Counted from the first letter of the stretch, positions 18,409 through 26,924 are shown. The stretch is DNA of 32,000 nucleotides from Candidatus Nitrosocaldus tengchongensis (GCA_013538675.1 JACAFJ010000009.1:6640-38639), one strand, 5' to 3'. A program made the numbers and translations. Notes: a model not told the origin generated them from the sequence alone.

Positions 18409-18441
18409 ATAAAAAAAGAAAAGGAGTTGCCCATTAGGGCA
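18409..18441 (-). terminator. putative amoC terminator (hairpin plus T-tract)
   Basis: On the minus strand, downstream of the amoC stop, TGCCC-TAAT-GGGCA is followed by ACTCCTTTTCTTTTTTTAT. Confidence 0.45.
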
Positions 18442-18486
18442 GTTGCAATTTGTTTACCTTACTTGCTATGTTACACGTCGTGCAGT

Positions 18487-19050
18487 TTATGGTATGCTTC
18501 TGCTGTACAGCTTACCCTCTAGTGCAAGCTTGTACATCTCTGCAACGTATGGGTTGCTTGGTGGTGTCTCCATTCCTAGCTCTACCATCCTAACGTAGAG
18601 CCTAACCACATAGGCTAGGGCACCTATGAATGCTACAACAACACCCATGTTGAATGACCAGTGGTTTGGAACTGCGAATACCTCCTCAACGAACCAGAAG
18701 TGCCACATCTCATTTATACCTATTGTGAACATTGTACCTAGGTAGCCTATGATGGTCATCTTTATACCAGTGTTGACACTGTTGTTTGGACCCCTCATCA
18801 GTGGCACCCTTCTGTCATATATCATTATTGCACCCCAGCCTAATGGTAGGGCTACGAAGTGGGAGTATAGCCACCAGTGTGCTGGTGTGAATGCGCTATC
18901 CCTTATACTGGTCTGATGAAGTGAGCCATCTACGAAGTTATCAACCTCAACACTTGCTGCAACTGAACCCATCACTATGACCATTATCAGTATCTTCTTC
19001 AGCCTCTGCATCTCAACTTCTTTTGGTAGTAGTGCTGGCATCTGAGCCAT
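18487..19050 (-). CDS. amoC: ammonia monooxygenase subunit C (archaeal)
   Basis: 187 aa. The pattern DSAFTPAHWWLYSHFVALPLGWG..GPNNSVNTG..INEMWHFWFVEEVFAVPNHWSFN is the archaeal AmoC pattern. Confidence 0.95.
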   Translation of the reverse strand: MAQMPALLPKEVEMQRLKKILIMVIVMGSVAASVEVDNFVDGSLHQTSIRDSAFTPAHWWLYSHFVALPLGWGAIMIYDRRVPLMRGPNNSVNTGIKMTIIGYLGTMFTIGINEMWHFWFVEEVFAVPNHWSFNMGVVVAFIGALAYVVRLYVRMVELGMETPPSNPYVAEMYKLALEGKLYSRSIP

Positions 19051-19080
19051 ACCGCTTCATCTTCTGCTACCAGAGAGCAG

Positions 19081-19088
19081 TATATTTA
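19081..19088 (-). promoter_or_regulatory. putative amoC TATA box
   Basis: The minus strand reads TAAATATA, 31-38 nt upstream of the amoC ATG (19050). Confidence 0.35.
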
Positions 19089-19326
19089 CCTTATGATAGG
19101 AAATATCAAATGAAATCTGTATATATCCTAAAGCTAACAGGCTTTATCTTAATTAAAACATATTAAAAGAGTCCATATCCTGAATTATTCTGATGTCAAT
19201 ATGATGAATAGAAATGATTAACAACGGAATTGAATATAACATAAACATCATTAGGAGAGTAGATTTATTGTTTATAAGTATGATTAGATATTAATCTATA
19301 TATAAATCAAAAGTAGATCACCAATG

Positions 19327-19339
19327 TAAAAATATATAT
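19327..19339 (+). promoter_or_regulatory. putative amoB TATA box
   Basis: AAAAATATATAT, ending about 24 nt upstream of the amoB ATG (19364). Confidence 0.4.
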
Positions 19340-19363
19340 CTGTGTTAGTACAAGATTCTAATA

Positions 19364-19993
19364 ATGAAGGTAACGCATGTAGCATTGCTGACTGCAGTAG
19401 CGGTAGTACTGGTCTTTGGCTCATTTGCGCCCATGATGAAGGATGCGTTTGCACATGGTGTTCAGGCGCAGTTACAGAGTAGGTTCATAAAGATAGAGGA
19501 TGAGACTTTCTCAACATTCAGAGTTATCACGAAGCAGGAGTATGCAAACAGAACAGGGTTGACACTTGAGCAGGTAGATGCCATGGGCTGCGACCCAAGG
19601 AGACAGGATATACTGATAGTTACTGGAAGGCTTGTAAGCCAAGTCAACAAGGATCTTAGGGCATGGATATCCCTCTTCAACGAGTCAACCAATGCAGGTA
19701 ACAGATGGGAGTTCATATCAAGGGAACCTCCAGGTAATGTATTCGATATACCTGCAGGTGGAGAGGTTCCATACAGGCTATGCCTATCAGCACTTGAGCC
19801 TGGAACATATCATTCACATACACAGTTGAATGTAGCCACAGTTGGACCTGGTCTTGGTCCAGGAGCAACAATAGTAGTAGAGGGAGAACCAACGATGAAG
19901 CCAATGTCAGTAGGCAATGTGATATACCAGAGCATACTGATAGCCATAGGCTTAGCAATAACATTCGCAACAAGACCATGGCAGGTTATATAA
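19364..19993 (+). CDS. amoB: ammonia monooxygenase subunit B (archaeal)
   Basis: 209 aa. A signal peptide is followed by HGVQAQLQSRFIKIED, a cupredoxin-like domain and a C-terminal TM helix. It is divergent from amoC. Confidence 0.95.
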   Translation: MKVTHVALLTAVAVVLVFGSFAPMMKDAFAHGVQAQLQSRFIKIEDETFSTFRVITKQEYANRTGLTLEQVDAMGCDPRRQDILIVTGRLVSQVNKDLRAWISLFNESTNAGNRWEFISREPPGNVFDIPAGGEVPYRLCLSALEPGTYHSHTQLNVATVGPGLGPGATIVVEGEPTMKPMSVGNVIYQSILIAIGLAITFATRPWQVI

Positions 19994-20016
19994 CAGCATA
20001 ATACATACCATATACC

Positions 20017-20033
20017 CTCCTTTCTTTTGTTTG
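20017..20033 (+). terminator. putative amoB terminator (T-rich tract)
   Basis: CCTCCTTTCTTTTGTTT begins 24 nt after the amoB stop. Confidence 0.4.
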
Positions 20034-20248
20034 ATCTACAAACAAGCAGTTTATACTAAAGATCTTGCCCGTATCAGATCAATAATTCTTTGTAGTGTGT
20101 TATGTTACTATCTGTCGTATGATCTGGCTATATTGAGAGATTTACAGTATGTATTACCTGTCTATGATACAGCCTATACACATGCTAAGCAAGTTTAAGA
20201 CAATCTAATGAGCATAATATAAAAAAGGGGATGTTACCTGCCTTGATA

Positions 20249-20518
20249 TTACCTTCTCCTCTCCTCTGGCAACAAACCTATACCTTCCCTCTCGTAGTAC
20301 CTCTCCAGCTCCTGTACCCAAGTCTCTCTGGCAGTGCCTCCTATACCCTTGTGCCTTAACCAGTATGCTATAACACTCAGCAGGAATATACCGAACATCA
20401 TTGTACCGAATATGTAGATCATCACATCGTAGAAGAGTGGGTCATATGCTGGGCCTATCTGCAGCACTATGCTCTTTATACCCATAGCCAGCGTTGCAAG
20501 ATCCATTAGTATAATCAT
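20249..20518 (-). CDS. small membrane protein next to amoB; candidate additional AMO subunit (AmoY/AmoZ-type), unverified
   Basis: 89-aa ORF with one strong TM helix (VMIYIFGTMMFGIFLLSVIAYWL) and a charged tail (ETWVQELERYYEREG..EERRR). TATA-like TGTATATATT at 20530-20539 favours the second ATG (20506). A T-tract follows the stop (20221-20232). Confidence 0.5.
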   Translation of the reverse strand: MIILMDLATLAMGIKSIVLQIGPAYDPLFYDVMIYIFGTMMFGIFLLSVIAYWLRHKGIGGTARETWVQELERYYEREGIGLLPEERRR

Positions 20519-20771
20519 CTAACACCATGAATATATACATTTCCGTTTTGCCTTATAAAAAATTTAGTCGCTTTGTGATTCGCTGATATCATTCATCCAT
20601 AGCGTTACAGTATTACTGCTCATTATATCTACATCGTTCGCATAATACAATCATTTCATACAGTATCTACACAAATGTTGTCTGCATGGGCATTTGATGG
20701 TTGTAATACTAGTTACTACGGTATGACTAAGTTGTATAGAATAATAAAAAGTGATGGGAGTTGTATTACAA

Positions 20772-21140
20772 CTATGCGCTCTTCTGTATCTTTGGCTTCC
20801 TTAGTGCCATTGCAAAGAATGCTGCAGATATGCCTCCAAATATGGCACCAAGAGCAGCAACATATATGCCTAGTTCACCGAATGTCTTTGCTACCATTGA
20901 TGTACCAGAGCCATATGCTCCCTCTTGCTGTGCTGTTGTGAGCCTCTTCTTTGCTAGTATGGAGTGCTGTGTGCATGCAAACTCTGGTATGCCAAGCTGC
21001 TTGCACTCCTCCAACTGCTCTGGTGTAGCAGTTATATCACCAACACCCTCACCATACAGCTGTGCCATCGCTACTGAGCTACCTCCTACCCACATTGCAA
21101 TTACTCCAGCCACAACCGCTAGAAGTGCAAACTTATTCAT
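20772..21140 (-). CDS. secreted/membrane-anchored small protein near amoB; candidate additional AMO subunit (AmoY/AmoZ-type), unverified
   Basis: 122 aa with a signal-peptide-like N-terminus ending VAMA/QL, a Cys pair (EECKQLGIPEFAC) and a C-terminal TM helix plus KPKIQK tail. TATA-like GATTATATAC lies 23-32 nt upstream of the ATG. The antisense ORF 20761..21144 was rejected on composition and protein plausibility. Confidence 0.55.
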   Translation of the reverse strand: MNKFALLAVVAGVIAMWVGGSSVAMAQLYGEGVGDITATPEQLEECKQLGIPEFACTQHSILAKKRLTTAQQEGAYGSGTSMVAKTFGELGIYVAALGAIFGGISAAFFAMALRKPKIQKSA

Positions 21141-21238
21141 GTAAGTCTTAATGGGCAGATGATGTATATAATCTTTCTCCCTTTCCTTTTAAATTATACA
21201 GGGCAAAGACTTTAATTTATCACCTGCAGAGTCTATGC

Positions 21239-21682
21239 ATGGCTAGGATACATGCACATAGGAAGGGTAAGTCCCACTCGATCAGACCCATGCAGGTGAA
21301 TGCCCCATGGGTTAACATGAGCAGGGAGGAGATAGTTAACCTTATAGTTAATATGGCAAAGGATGGACTGAAACCCAGCGAGATAGGCTTGAGGCTGAAG
21401 GATGAGTATGGCGTTCCTCTGGTTAGGAAGGTTATAGACAGATCAATAACAGAGGTGCTGGAAGAGCATGGTATAAAGACTCTACCTGAAGATCTAAGCA
21501 ACATGCTTGAGAAGGCAATTAGGCTGCAGAAGCACCTCAACGTGCATAGGAGTGATAGCAATAATATAAGATCTCTAGAGCTTATAGAGGCAAAGATACA
21601 TAGACTAGCAAAGTACTACAAGAGAGAAGGGAAGATACCCCAAGACTGGAGGTACAAGACTGTAATAGCAAGCCTTGAATGA
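21239..21682 (+). CDS. rps15: 30S ribosomal protein uS15 (S15P/S13e)
   Basis: 147 aa. The N-terminus MARIHAHRKGKSHSIRP and the C-terminal S15 helical domain (LEKAIRLQKHL..D..N..SLELIEAKIHRLAKYY) fit uS15. Confidence 0.9.
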   Translation: MARIHAHRKGKSHSIRPMQVNAPWVNMSREEIVNLIVNMAKDGLKPSEIGLRLKDEYGVPLVRKVIDRSITEVLEEHGIKTLPEDLSNMLEKAIRLQKHLNVHRSDSNNIRSLELIEAKIHRLAKYYKREGKIPQDWRYKTVIASLE

Positions 21683-23165
21683 GTATAGGTTAGCTGATAA
21701 CCTTGATATGAGTAGCCCTAATCTTAATCTGAACCTTGAATCATTCCTGCATGAACTCTCTGGCAGGGTACATGATGCTATAGCATCAAGGAAGAGGATA
21801 ATGGTTGTAACACATTCAGATGCTGATGGTCTGGTCTCTGGCAGTATCATTGCCAAGGCAATAATGAGGAAGGGTGGGAGATGCCTTGTTAGAGTTGTGA
21901 GTGATCTTAACCCCAATGTGTTGATGAAGGCTGCTGGAGAGGATCACGATTTCTACATAATCACTGATATGGGTGCTGGTCTAGCAGGGATGATAGATGA
22001 GCATATAGGCAGCAAGGGTAAGGGCAAAGAATGGATTGTTATAGACCATCACCAACTCCCACCAGAAGAGGTCGAGGATGTTAGGGTATGTAATGCCTGG
22101 AAGTTCGGTATAGATGGAGGGGTGGAGGCTTGCGCTGGTACGATGGCATACAAGGTTGCCAATGCGCTAGATGAATCAAACAAGGATCTATCAGCACTCG
22201 CAGTTGTTGCCATGGTTGCAGATAGGCAGGACCAAGGGGAGAGGAAATCACTGCTAGGCTTGAATGCAGAGGTTGCAGATACTGCTAGAGAACTTGGGTT
22301 ACTGAGCATAGATCTTGATCTCATGCTTGTTGGGAGGGAGACTAGAGCGGTGCATGAAGCGCTAGCCTACACATCTTACCCATACATAGATGGGCTAACT
22401 TGGAACGTTGACTCCTGTTATTCACTGCTCAACTCTACAGGGTTGAGACTGAAGGATGATGGTAGATGGCGTACTCTAGCAGAGATGAGTAGTGAGGAGA
22501 AGAGCAAGATAGTTGATGCTATAGCCATCTTCTCTTCCTCATCACCATCATCACCATCCAGTTCTGGCAAGAAGGACGCAAACATGATAGTTGATGAGTT
22601 GATAGGCTATGTATATACACTACTGAGAGAGGATAAGAGGAGCATGCTTAGAGATGCTAGGGAGTTCAGCCTAATGCTCAATGCATGTGCAAGGATAAGG
22701 AGATCTGGAGTTGGGATAGCAATATGCTTGGGTGATAGGAATGCTATGCTTATTGAGGGTGAGATGATAGTGAGTGAGTATAGGAAGACACTTAGAGGTT
22801 ACATAAGTACGATAATGGGTGAGAGATGGAGGGTGATGGATGATGGTACCCTAGCCATAGTTAACGGGGATAACCTAATAGCACAGGATATGCTTGGAGC
22901 AGTCTCATCACTACTTAGTGGGTCTCAAGTATTCCAAGGCAGGATTGTAGTTGTAAAGACTAGGACTGATGATGGGATGTACAAGTTCTCCTGCAGAAAA
23001 GGCTTGAACTGCAGCATCGATATTAACCTTGGCCTACTTATGCGTGAATGCTCAAGTAGATGCAAGGGTGTTGGAGGAGGGCATAGTGCTGCTGCTGGTG
23101 CAAGGATAAGTGCTGATATGCTTGATGAGTTCATAAGATGCATTAAGGAGAGTGTGCAAAGATAA
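21675..23165 (+). CDS. DHH-family phosphoesterase, archaeal RecJ/Cdc45 (GAN)-like
   Basis: Has DHH motifs (VVTHSDADGLVSG, ITDMG, VIDHHQ) and the DHHA1 motif GGGHSAAAGARI. The TTG start at 21675 overlaps the rps15 stop; an alternative ATG lies at 21708. A Ser/Pro insert lies at nt 22533-22565. Confidence 0.8.
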   Translation: MNEYRLADNLDMSSPNLNLNLESFLHELSGRVHDAIASRKRIMVVTHSDADGLVSGSIIAKAIMRKGGRCLVRVVSDLNPNVLMKAAGEDHDFYIITDMGAGLAGMIDEHIGSKGKGKEWIVIDHHQLPPEEVEDVRVCNAWKFGIDGGVEACAGTMAYKVANALDESNKDLSALAVVAMVADRQDQGERKSLLGLNAEVADTARELGLLSIDLDLMLVGRETRAVHEALAYTSYPYIDGLTWNVDSCYSLLNSTGLRLKDDGRWRTLAEMSSEEKSKIVDAIAIFSSSSPSSPSSSGKKDANMIVDELIGYVYTLLREDKRSMLRDAREFSLMLNACARIRRSGVGIAICLGDRNAMLIEGEMIVSEYRKTLRGYISTIMGERWRVMDDGTLAIVNGDNLIAQDMLGAVSSLLSGSQVFQGRIVVVKTRTDDGMYKFSCRKGLNCSIDINLGLLMRECSSRCKGVGGGHSAAAGARISADMLDEFIRCIKESVQR

Positions 23166-23170
23166 GAGGG

Positions 23171-23482
23171 ATGGATAAGGCTAAGGTTAGAGTAACCATA
23201 AGGATAGAGATGGATGAGCAGAGCAAGGCTACCTCTATGCTAGAGTCACTGCTACCAGATAACGTTGATATCCCAGAGGGGCTCTCTGTAGACTTTCATG
23301 TAGATGAGAGGATTCTAGTGTTGGTGTTTGAGGCTTTGCTTGATGTTACTGATGGTGAAGGAAGTAGTAGCAACAGCGCTAGTAGTAGTAGAAGGATGGC
23401 ATCGCTCATACATACAATAGATGAAGTACTGGATCATGTTAATACAATGGCTAGGGTTATGAACGTTGGTATCAATGAATGA
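23171..23482 (+). CDS. Pcc1/CTAG-like small protein (possible KEOPS subunit)
   Basis: 103 aa. The layout (alternating beta-strands VRVTIRIEM, LSVDFHVDERILVLVFEA, then a C-terminal helix ASLIHTIDEVLDHVNTMARVM) resembles Pcc1. It is interrupted by GEGSSSNSASSS. The assignment is tentative. Confidence 0.4.
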   Translation: MDKAKVRVTIRIEMDEQSKATSMLESLLPDNVDIPEGLSVDFHVDERILVLVFEALLDVTDGEGSSSNSASSSRRMASLIHTIDEVLDHVNTMARVMNVGINE

Positions 23483-23493
23483 ATGAATGAATG
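23474..23493 (+). repeat. (AATG)5 tetranucleotide microsatellite spanning the stop codon of the Pcc1-like gene
   Basis: Five perfect AATG units read directly from the sequence, followed by a degenerate AATAATG. Confidence 0.9.
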
Positions 23494-23538
23494 AATAATG
23501 ATATGGTATATTAAAGATCCATTGTGATATGTGTGCGT

Positions 23539-24831
23539 ATGATAGACCCAAAGATATTGAGGGAGCAGCCTAGCATAATAGCAAAGATGCTTGAGAGGAG
23601 GGGTATTACATTCCCACTTGACGAACTTCTGGATATTGATAGAAGGAGAAGGATGCTCATGAAGGAGGTTCAGGAACTTAACCATAGGAGGAATGTAGTT
23701 GCACAGCAGATAGCAGGGAAGAAGAGGCTCAAGCAGGATACAGCAATGGAGGTTGAGGAGATGCAGGTATTGAGTGAGAAGATAGACCTGCTAGATAAAG
23801 AACTCAACATGCTTGAGAAGGATTACAATAGGATGCTCATGATGCTACCCAACCTAGTACATGAGTCTGTACCAGATGGCAAGGGTGAGGAGGATAATGT
23901 TGTAGTTAGGAGATGGGGTGAACCAAAGGCACTCAACAATGCAAGAGGACATGTTGAGTTAGGAGTATCTCTAAACCTTCTTGACCTTGAGAGAGCAGCA
24001 AGGATCTCAGGCTCTAGATTCTACTTCCTCTTGAATGATCTAGTGCTACTAAACCATGCGCTCATACAGTTCGCACTTGAGTTCATGAAGAGTAAGGGCT
24101 TCACATTGGTGCAGACACCATACATGATAAAGCGTGATGCAATGGAAGGAGCAATAATGCTTAGCGACTTTGAGGATGTGATATACAAGGTTGAGGATGA
24201 AGATCTCTACCTCATAGGCACTGCTGAGCATGCAATAGCAGCGATGCATATGGATGAGATACTTGATGGCAATAGATTACCATTACGCTACGTTGGTATA
24301 TCGCCATGCTTCAGGAAGGAGGCTGGTGCACATGGTAAGGATACCAAAGGTATATTCAGGGTTCACCAGTTCGAGAAGGTTGAGCAGTTCGTATTCTGCA
24401 AGCCAGAGCAGTCATGGGATGAGCATGAACTATTGCTTAGAAATGCTGAGGAGTTCTTTCAGGCACTGGAGATACCATACAGGGTAGTGTTATTATGCTC
24501 AGCAGAACTAGGCAAGGTATCGGCAAAGACATACGATATAGAGGCTTGGATGCCAGTACAGAATGCATATAGAGAGGTTGTGTCATGTTCAAACTGCCTT
24601 GACTTCCAAGCAAGGAGGCTAAAGATAAGGTATAGGGATAAGCCCAATGAAGATACTAGATACGTTCATACACTCAACTCAACACTGGTTGCTACTGAAA
24701 GAACGCTAGTTGCTATAATGGAGAATAACCAGACAGAGGATGGAAAGAGAATAATAGTACCAAAGGCATTAAGACACTATATGAATGGTATTGAGAGCAT
24801 ACCATCATCATTATTATTATCATCGCCATAA
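23539..24831 (+). CDS. serS: seryl-tRNA synthetase
   Basis: N-terminal coiled-coil arm (MIDPKILREQPSII..RRRRMLMKEVQELNHRRN) and class II core (GSRFYFL, TAEHAIAAMH, FRKEAGAHGKDTKGIFRVHQFEKVEQF, NSTLVATERTLVAIMENNQ). The ATG at 23539 is preferred over the GTG at 23524. Confidence 0.95.
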   Translation: MIDPKILREQPSIIAKMLERRGITFPLDELLDIDRRRRMLMKEVQELNHRRNVVAQQIAGKKRLKQDTAMEVEEMQVLSEKIDLLDKELNMLEKDYNRMLMMLPNLVHESVPDGKGEEDNVVVRRWGEPKALNNARGHVELGVSLNLLDLERAARISGSRFYFLLNDLVLLNHALIQFALEFMKSKGFTLVQTPYMIKRDAMEGAIMLSDFEDVIYKVEDEDLYLIGTAEHAIAAMHMDEILDGNRLPLRYVGISPCFRKEAGAHGKDTKGIFRVHQFEKVEQFVFCKPEQSWDEHELLLRNAEEFFQALEIPYRVVLLCSAELGKVSAKTYDIEAWMPVQNAYREVVSCSNCLDFQARRLKIRYRDKPNEDTRYVHTLNSTLVATERTLVAIMENNQTEDGKRIIVPKALRHYMNGIESIPSSLLLSSP

Positions 24832-24982
24832 CCATCGCAGTTAATTGAATATTGTTGATGGCTGATCGTTAGAACTTTATCCAACAGTAACGACACTGAC
24901 TAACTATGTTATCGGAGCAGTTGAAATGGCAACATATTTAAACTAATTATATGGATAGTAGTAGGTAATAGGTTGGTTAGAT

Positions 24983-25303
24983 ATGGCTAGGTCTAGGGGG
25001 TTCAGGAGGAAGACTAGGCAACTATTAACAAAGGATACTATTAGAGGTCTCTCTTATCTCTTACATGAGTACAGGATAGGGGATAAGGTGGTTATAGATA
25101 TAGATGCTAGGGAGCATAAAGGAATGCCACATAGACGCTTTCAAGGCAAGGTTGGTATTGTGGAGGCTATAGGTAGGAGGGCTATTAGGGTAAGGGTTAG
25201 GATAGGCGAGAAGGACAAGGTAGTTATGGCAAGGTTGGCGCATGTTAAACCTTTAACTCTAGGCAGTGTTGCTACTAGCAGTAGTAATAGTGCTAATGGG
25301 TGA
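24983..25303 (+). CDS. rpl21e: 50S ribosomal protein eL21 (L21e)
   Basis: The pattern MARSRGFRRKTRQLL..GDKVVIDID..HKGMPHRRFQGKVGIV is the L21e pattern. The C-terminal tail is low-complexity (SSSNSANG). Confidence 0.9.
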   Translation: MARSRGFRRKTRQLLTKDTIRGLSYLLHEYRIGDKVVIDIDAREHKGMPHRRFQGKVGIVEAIGRRAIRVRVRIGEKDKVVMARLAHVKPLTLGSVATSSSNSANG

Positions 25304-25644
25304 TTGTAATGACAGATATAGTAAGCAGGAAGGTCATAACTCTACCAGAGGTTAAGGAGATACTTGCAAGGATAGATCCAGATAAGATGGATCAGATACA
25401 GAGATGGACCTACAACTACGTTACAAAGTTTGCAAAGGTGAGCAAGGATAAGGCTAGAACGATGAAGGCTAGGCTAATGAATGAGTGTGGGTTGACTGAG
25501 GAGGAAGCGGTAGAGATAATTAACATAATGCCTTCAAGCATAGAGGAGTTGAGGACCTTTGCCTTTGGCTGGAAGAAGTTGATATTAACAGAGACGCTAG
25601 AGAAGATGCTTAAGATACTGAATGAAGGGAGAGGCATAGAGTAG
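25300..25644 (+). CDS. rpoF: DNA-directed RNA polymerase subunit Rpo4 (RpoF)
   Basis: 114 aa. It lies after rpl21e and before a DUF655 gene, the conserved archaeal order. Has LTEEEAVEIINIMPSSIEELRTF, typical of Rpo4/Rpb4-like proteins. The start is GTG 25300 (overlapping the L21e stop) or ATG 25309. Confidence 0.75.
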   Translation: MIVMTDIVSRKVITLPEVKEILARIDPDKMDQIQRWTYNYVTKFAKVSKDKARTMKARLMNECGLTEEEAVEIINIMPSSIEELRTFAFGWKKLILTETLEKMLKILNEGRGIE

Positions 25645-25647
25645 CAG

Positions 25648-26214
25648 TTGGAGCATACAATGCAGCAGAAGAAGTACGAGGAGTATGCGTATGTATTGAG
25701 TGTAGAGCCTAGAGGCAAGTCTATCAGGGTTAGGGGTAGAGAAGGCATAATAGTGCAGGCTATAGGGGAGGAGCGGTTAACCCTGCTCGAGCTTCTAGGC
25801 ACTCCAGGGATAAGCATAGATGTTGGTGAGAGGGTCTACATAGGAAGGGAAGGAAGAACGAAGATACTCAGCGTTCTGGGCAAGTTGGAGTACAGTGAGT
25901 TGAGTCCATATGCTAGGGATGAGTTACCAAATGTTGTAGAGAGTATTGTGAAGAGTAACGAGCATAGGTTCGTAGAGTTCATAAATACAGCAGGACCGAT
26001 AAACCCTAGGATACATAAACTGGAACTGATCCCAGGTATAGGTAAAGTCATAATGATGAACATATTAAAGGAGAGGGATATCAAACCGTTCAAGAGCTTT
26101 GAGGATCTTCAGAAGAGGACCGGTCTAAGGGAACCTCATAAACTAATAGCGAAGAGGATACTTCAGGAGATAAGTGGGGATGAGAGGATAAACATATTCA
26201 TAAAGAGACTCTAG
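25648..26214 (+). CDS. DUF655/COG1491 predicted RNA-binding protein
   Basis: The N-terminus (YEEYAYVLSVEPRGKS..) and C-terminal helix-hairpin-helix-like part (LELIPGIGKVIMMNILKER..FKSFEDLQKR) fit DUF655, and the synteny with rpoF is conserved. The probable start is ATG 25660. Confidence 0.7.
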   Translation: MEHTMQQKKYEEYAYVLSVEPRGKSIRVRGREGIIVQAIGEERLTLLELLGTPGISIDVGERVYIGREGRTKILSVLGKLEYSELSPYARDELPNVVESIVKSNEHRFVEFINTAGPINPRIHKLELIPGIGKVIMMNILKERDIKPFKSFEDLQKRTGLREPHKLIAKRILQEISGDERINIFIKRL

Positions 26215-26325
26215 ATGTGTGATAAGAATATTGTATTACAATACATGTCAATGGTCTATCAGCCTTCCCTTACAAACTTGTATTATTATGATAATAATAT
26301 AAAAATTAGAGGTTAATACAATAAC

Positions 26326-26341
26326 GGATGGATGGATGGAT
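26326..26341 (+). repeat. (GGAT)4 tetranucleotide microsatellite covering the start codons of the HemK-like gene
   Basis: GGATGGATGGATGGAT read directly. The same GATGGATGGATG string occurs on the minus strand at about 798-809, in the 5' leader of the GcvH/TusA-like gene. Confidence 0.9.
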
Positions 26342-26924
26342 GACATACATGAATCATGATGGTATCTACAAACCAGCAGAAGATACATTCATGCTTGCTG
26401 ATGCAGTATATGGGCTGCAGGGTAATAATGCATTAGAGATAGGTACTGGTAGTGGTTATATAGCAGCCATACTGGGCAAGAGATTCAATAGGGTTGTAGC
26501 AACAGATATCAGCCTTGAGGCGCTCCTATATGCTAAGAACAATAGCAATAGCAGAAATGTAGAGTTTGTATGCTGTAACTGTGCTGATGCAATATCAAGC
26601 AAGTTTGATCTCATAGCAATAAACCCGCCTTATCTACCATCTGAGCGTATAGAGGATGTTACAGTGGATGGTGGCAAAAAGGGGATAGAGGTTGCCATGG
26701 AGATGCTCAAGAGTACTTCAGGACTACTCAAGGAAGATGAGGGCAGGATAGTTATGATAGCCTCGTCGCTAGCAGGTTATGATGAGTTGTTATCCTCACT
26801 GCACAACCTTGGATTATACGGTAATACTGTTGCGAGGAAGAGGTACGGGTTTGAAGACTTAATCCTACTTGAGATCAGACCTCTCAAGTATGCAACTCGA
26901 CAACATCAAGATCATCAAGTATGA
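26328..26924 (+). CDS. HemK/Mtq2-like N5-glutamine (NPPY) SAM-dependent methyltransferase
   Basis: Has YKPAEDTFMLAD, SAM motif LEIGTGSGYIAAIL and the catalytic AINPPYLP motif. The start region lies in a (GGAT)4 repeat; in-frame ATGs are at 26328, 26340 and 26349. Confidence 0.8.
   Translation: MDGWMTYMNHDGIYKPAEDTFMLADAVYGLQGNNALEIGTGSGYIAAILGKRFNRVVATDISLEALLYAKNNSNSRNVEFVCCNCADAISSKFDLIAINPPYLPSERIEDVTVDGGKKGIEVAMEMLKSTSGLLKEDEGRIVMIASSLAGYDELLSSLHNLGLYGNTVARKRYGFEDLILLEIRPLKYATRQHQDHQV

Noticed and set aside
20759-20769. Palindromic motif TTGTATTACAA occurring at 20759-20769 and 26231-26241, with the related GTGTATTACATACAC at 10274-10288, considered as a shared transcription-factor site
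   Set aside because: Repeated 11-mers are expected by chance many times in a 32-kb AT-rich window. There are only two exact copies, in unrelated contexts.
20761-21144. 127-aa plus-strand ORF (and 20675..20941) opposite the 122-aa minus-strand ORF
   Set aside because: Neither strand has homology I can recognise. I chose the minus strand because its product has a coherent layout of signal peptide, soluble part and TM helix. That strand is also purine-rich and has a TATA-like box 23-32 nt upstream of its ATG. The plus-strand product is Pro/Ser/Cys-rich with no structure-like pattern.
24832-24982. 151-bp gap between serS and rpl21e, checked for a C/D-box sRNA or small ORF
   Set aside because: TGATGG and CTGA strings are present, but not in the C-D'-C'-D order or spacing, and the C box is imperfect. 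The only ORFs are 4-11 codons long.
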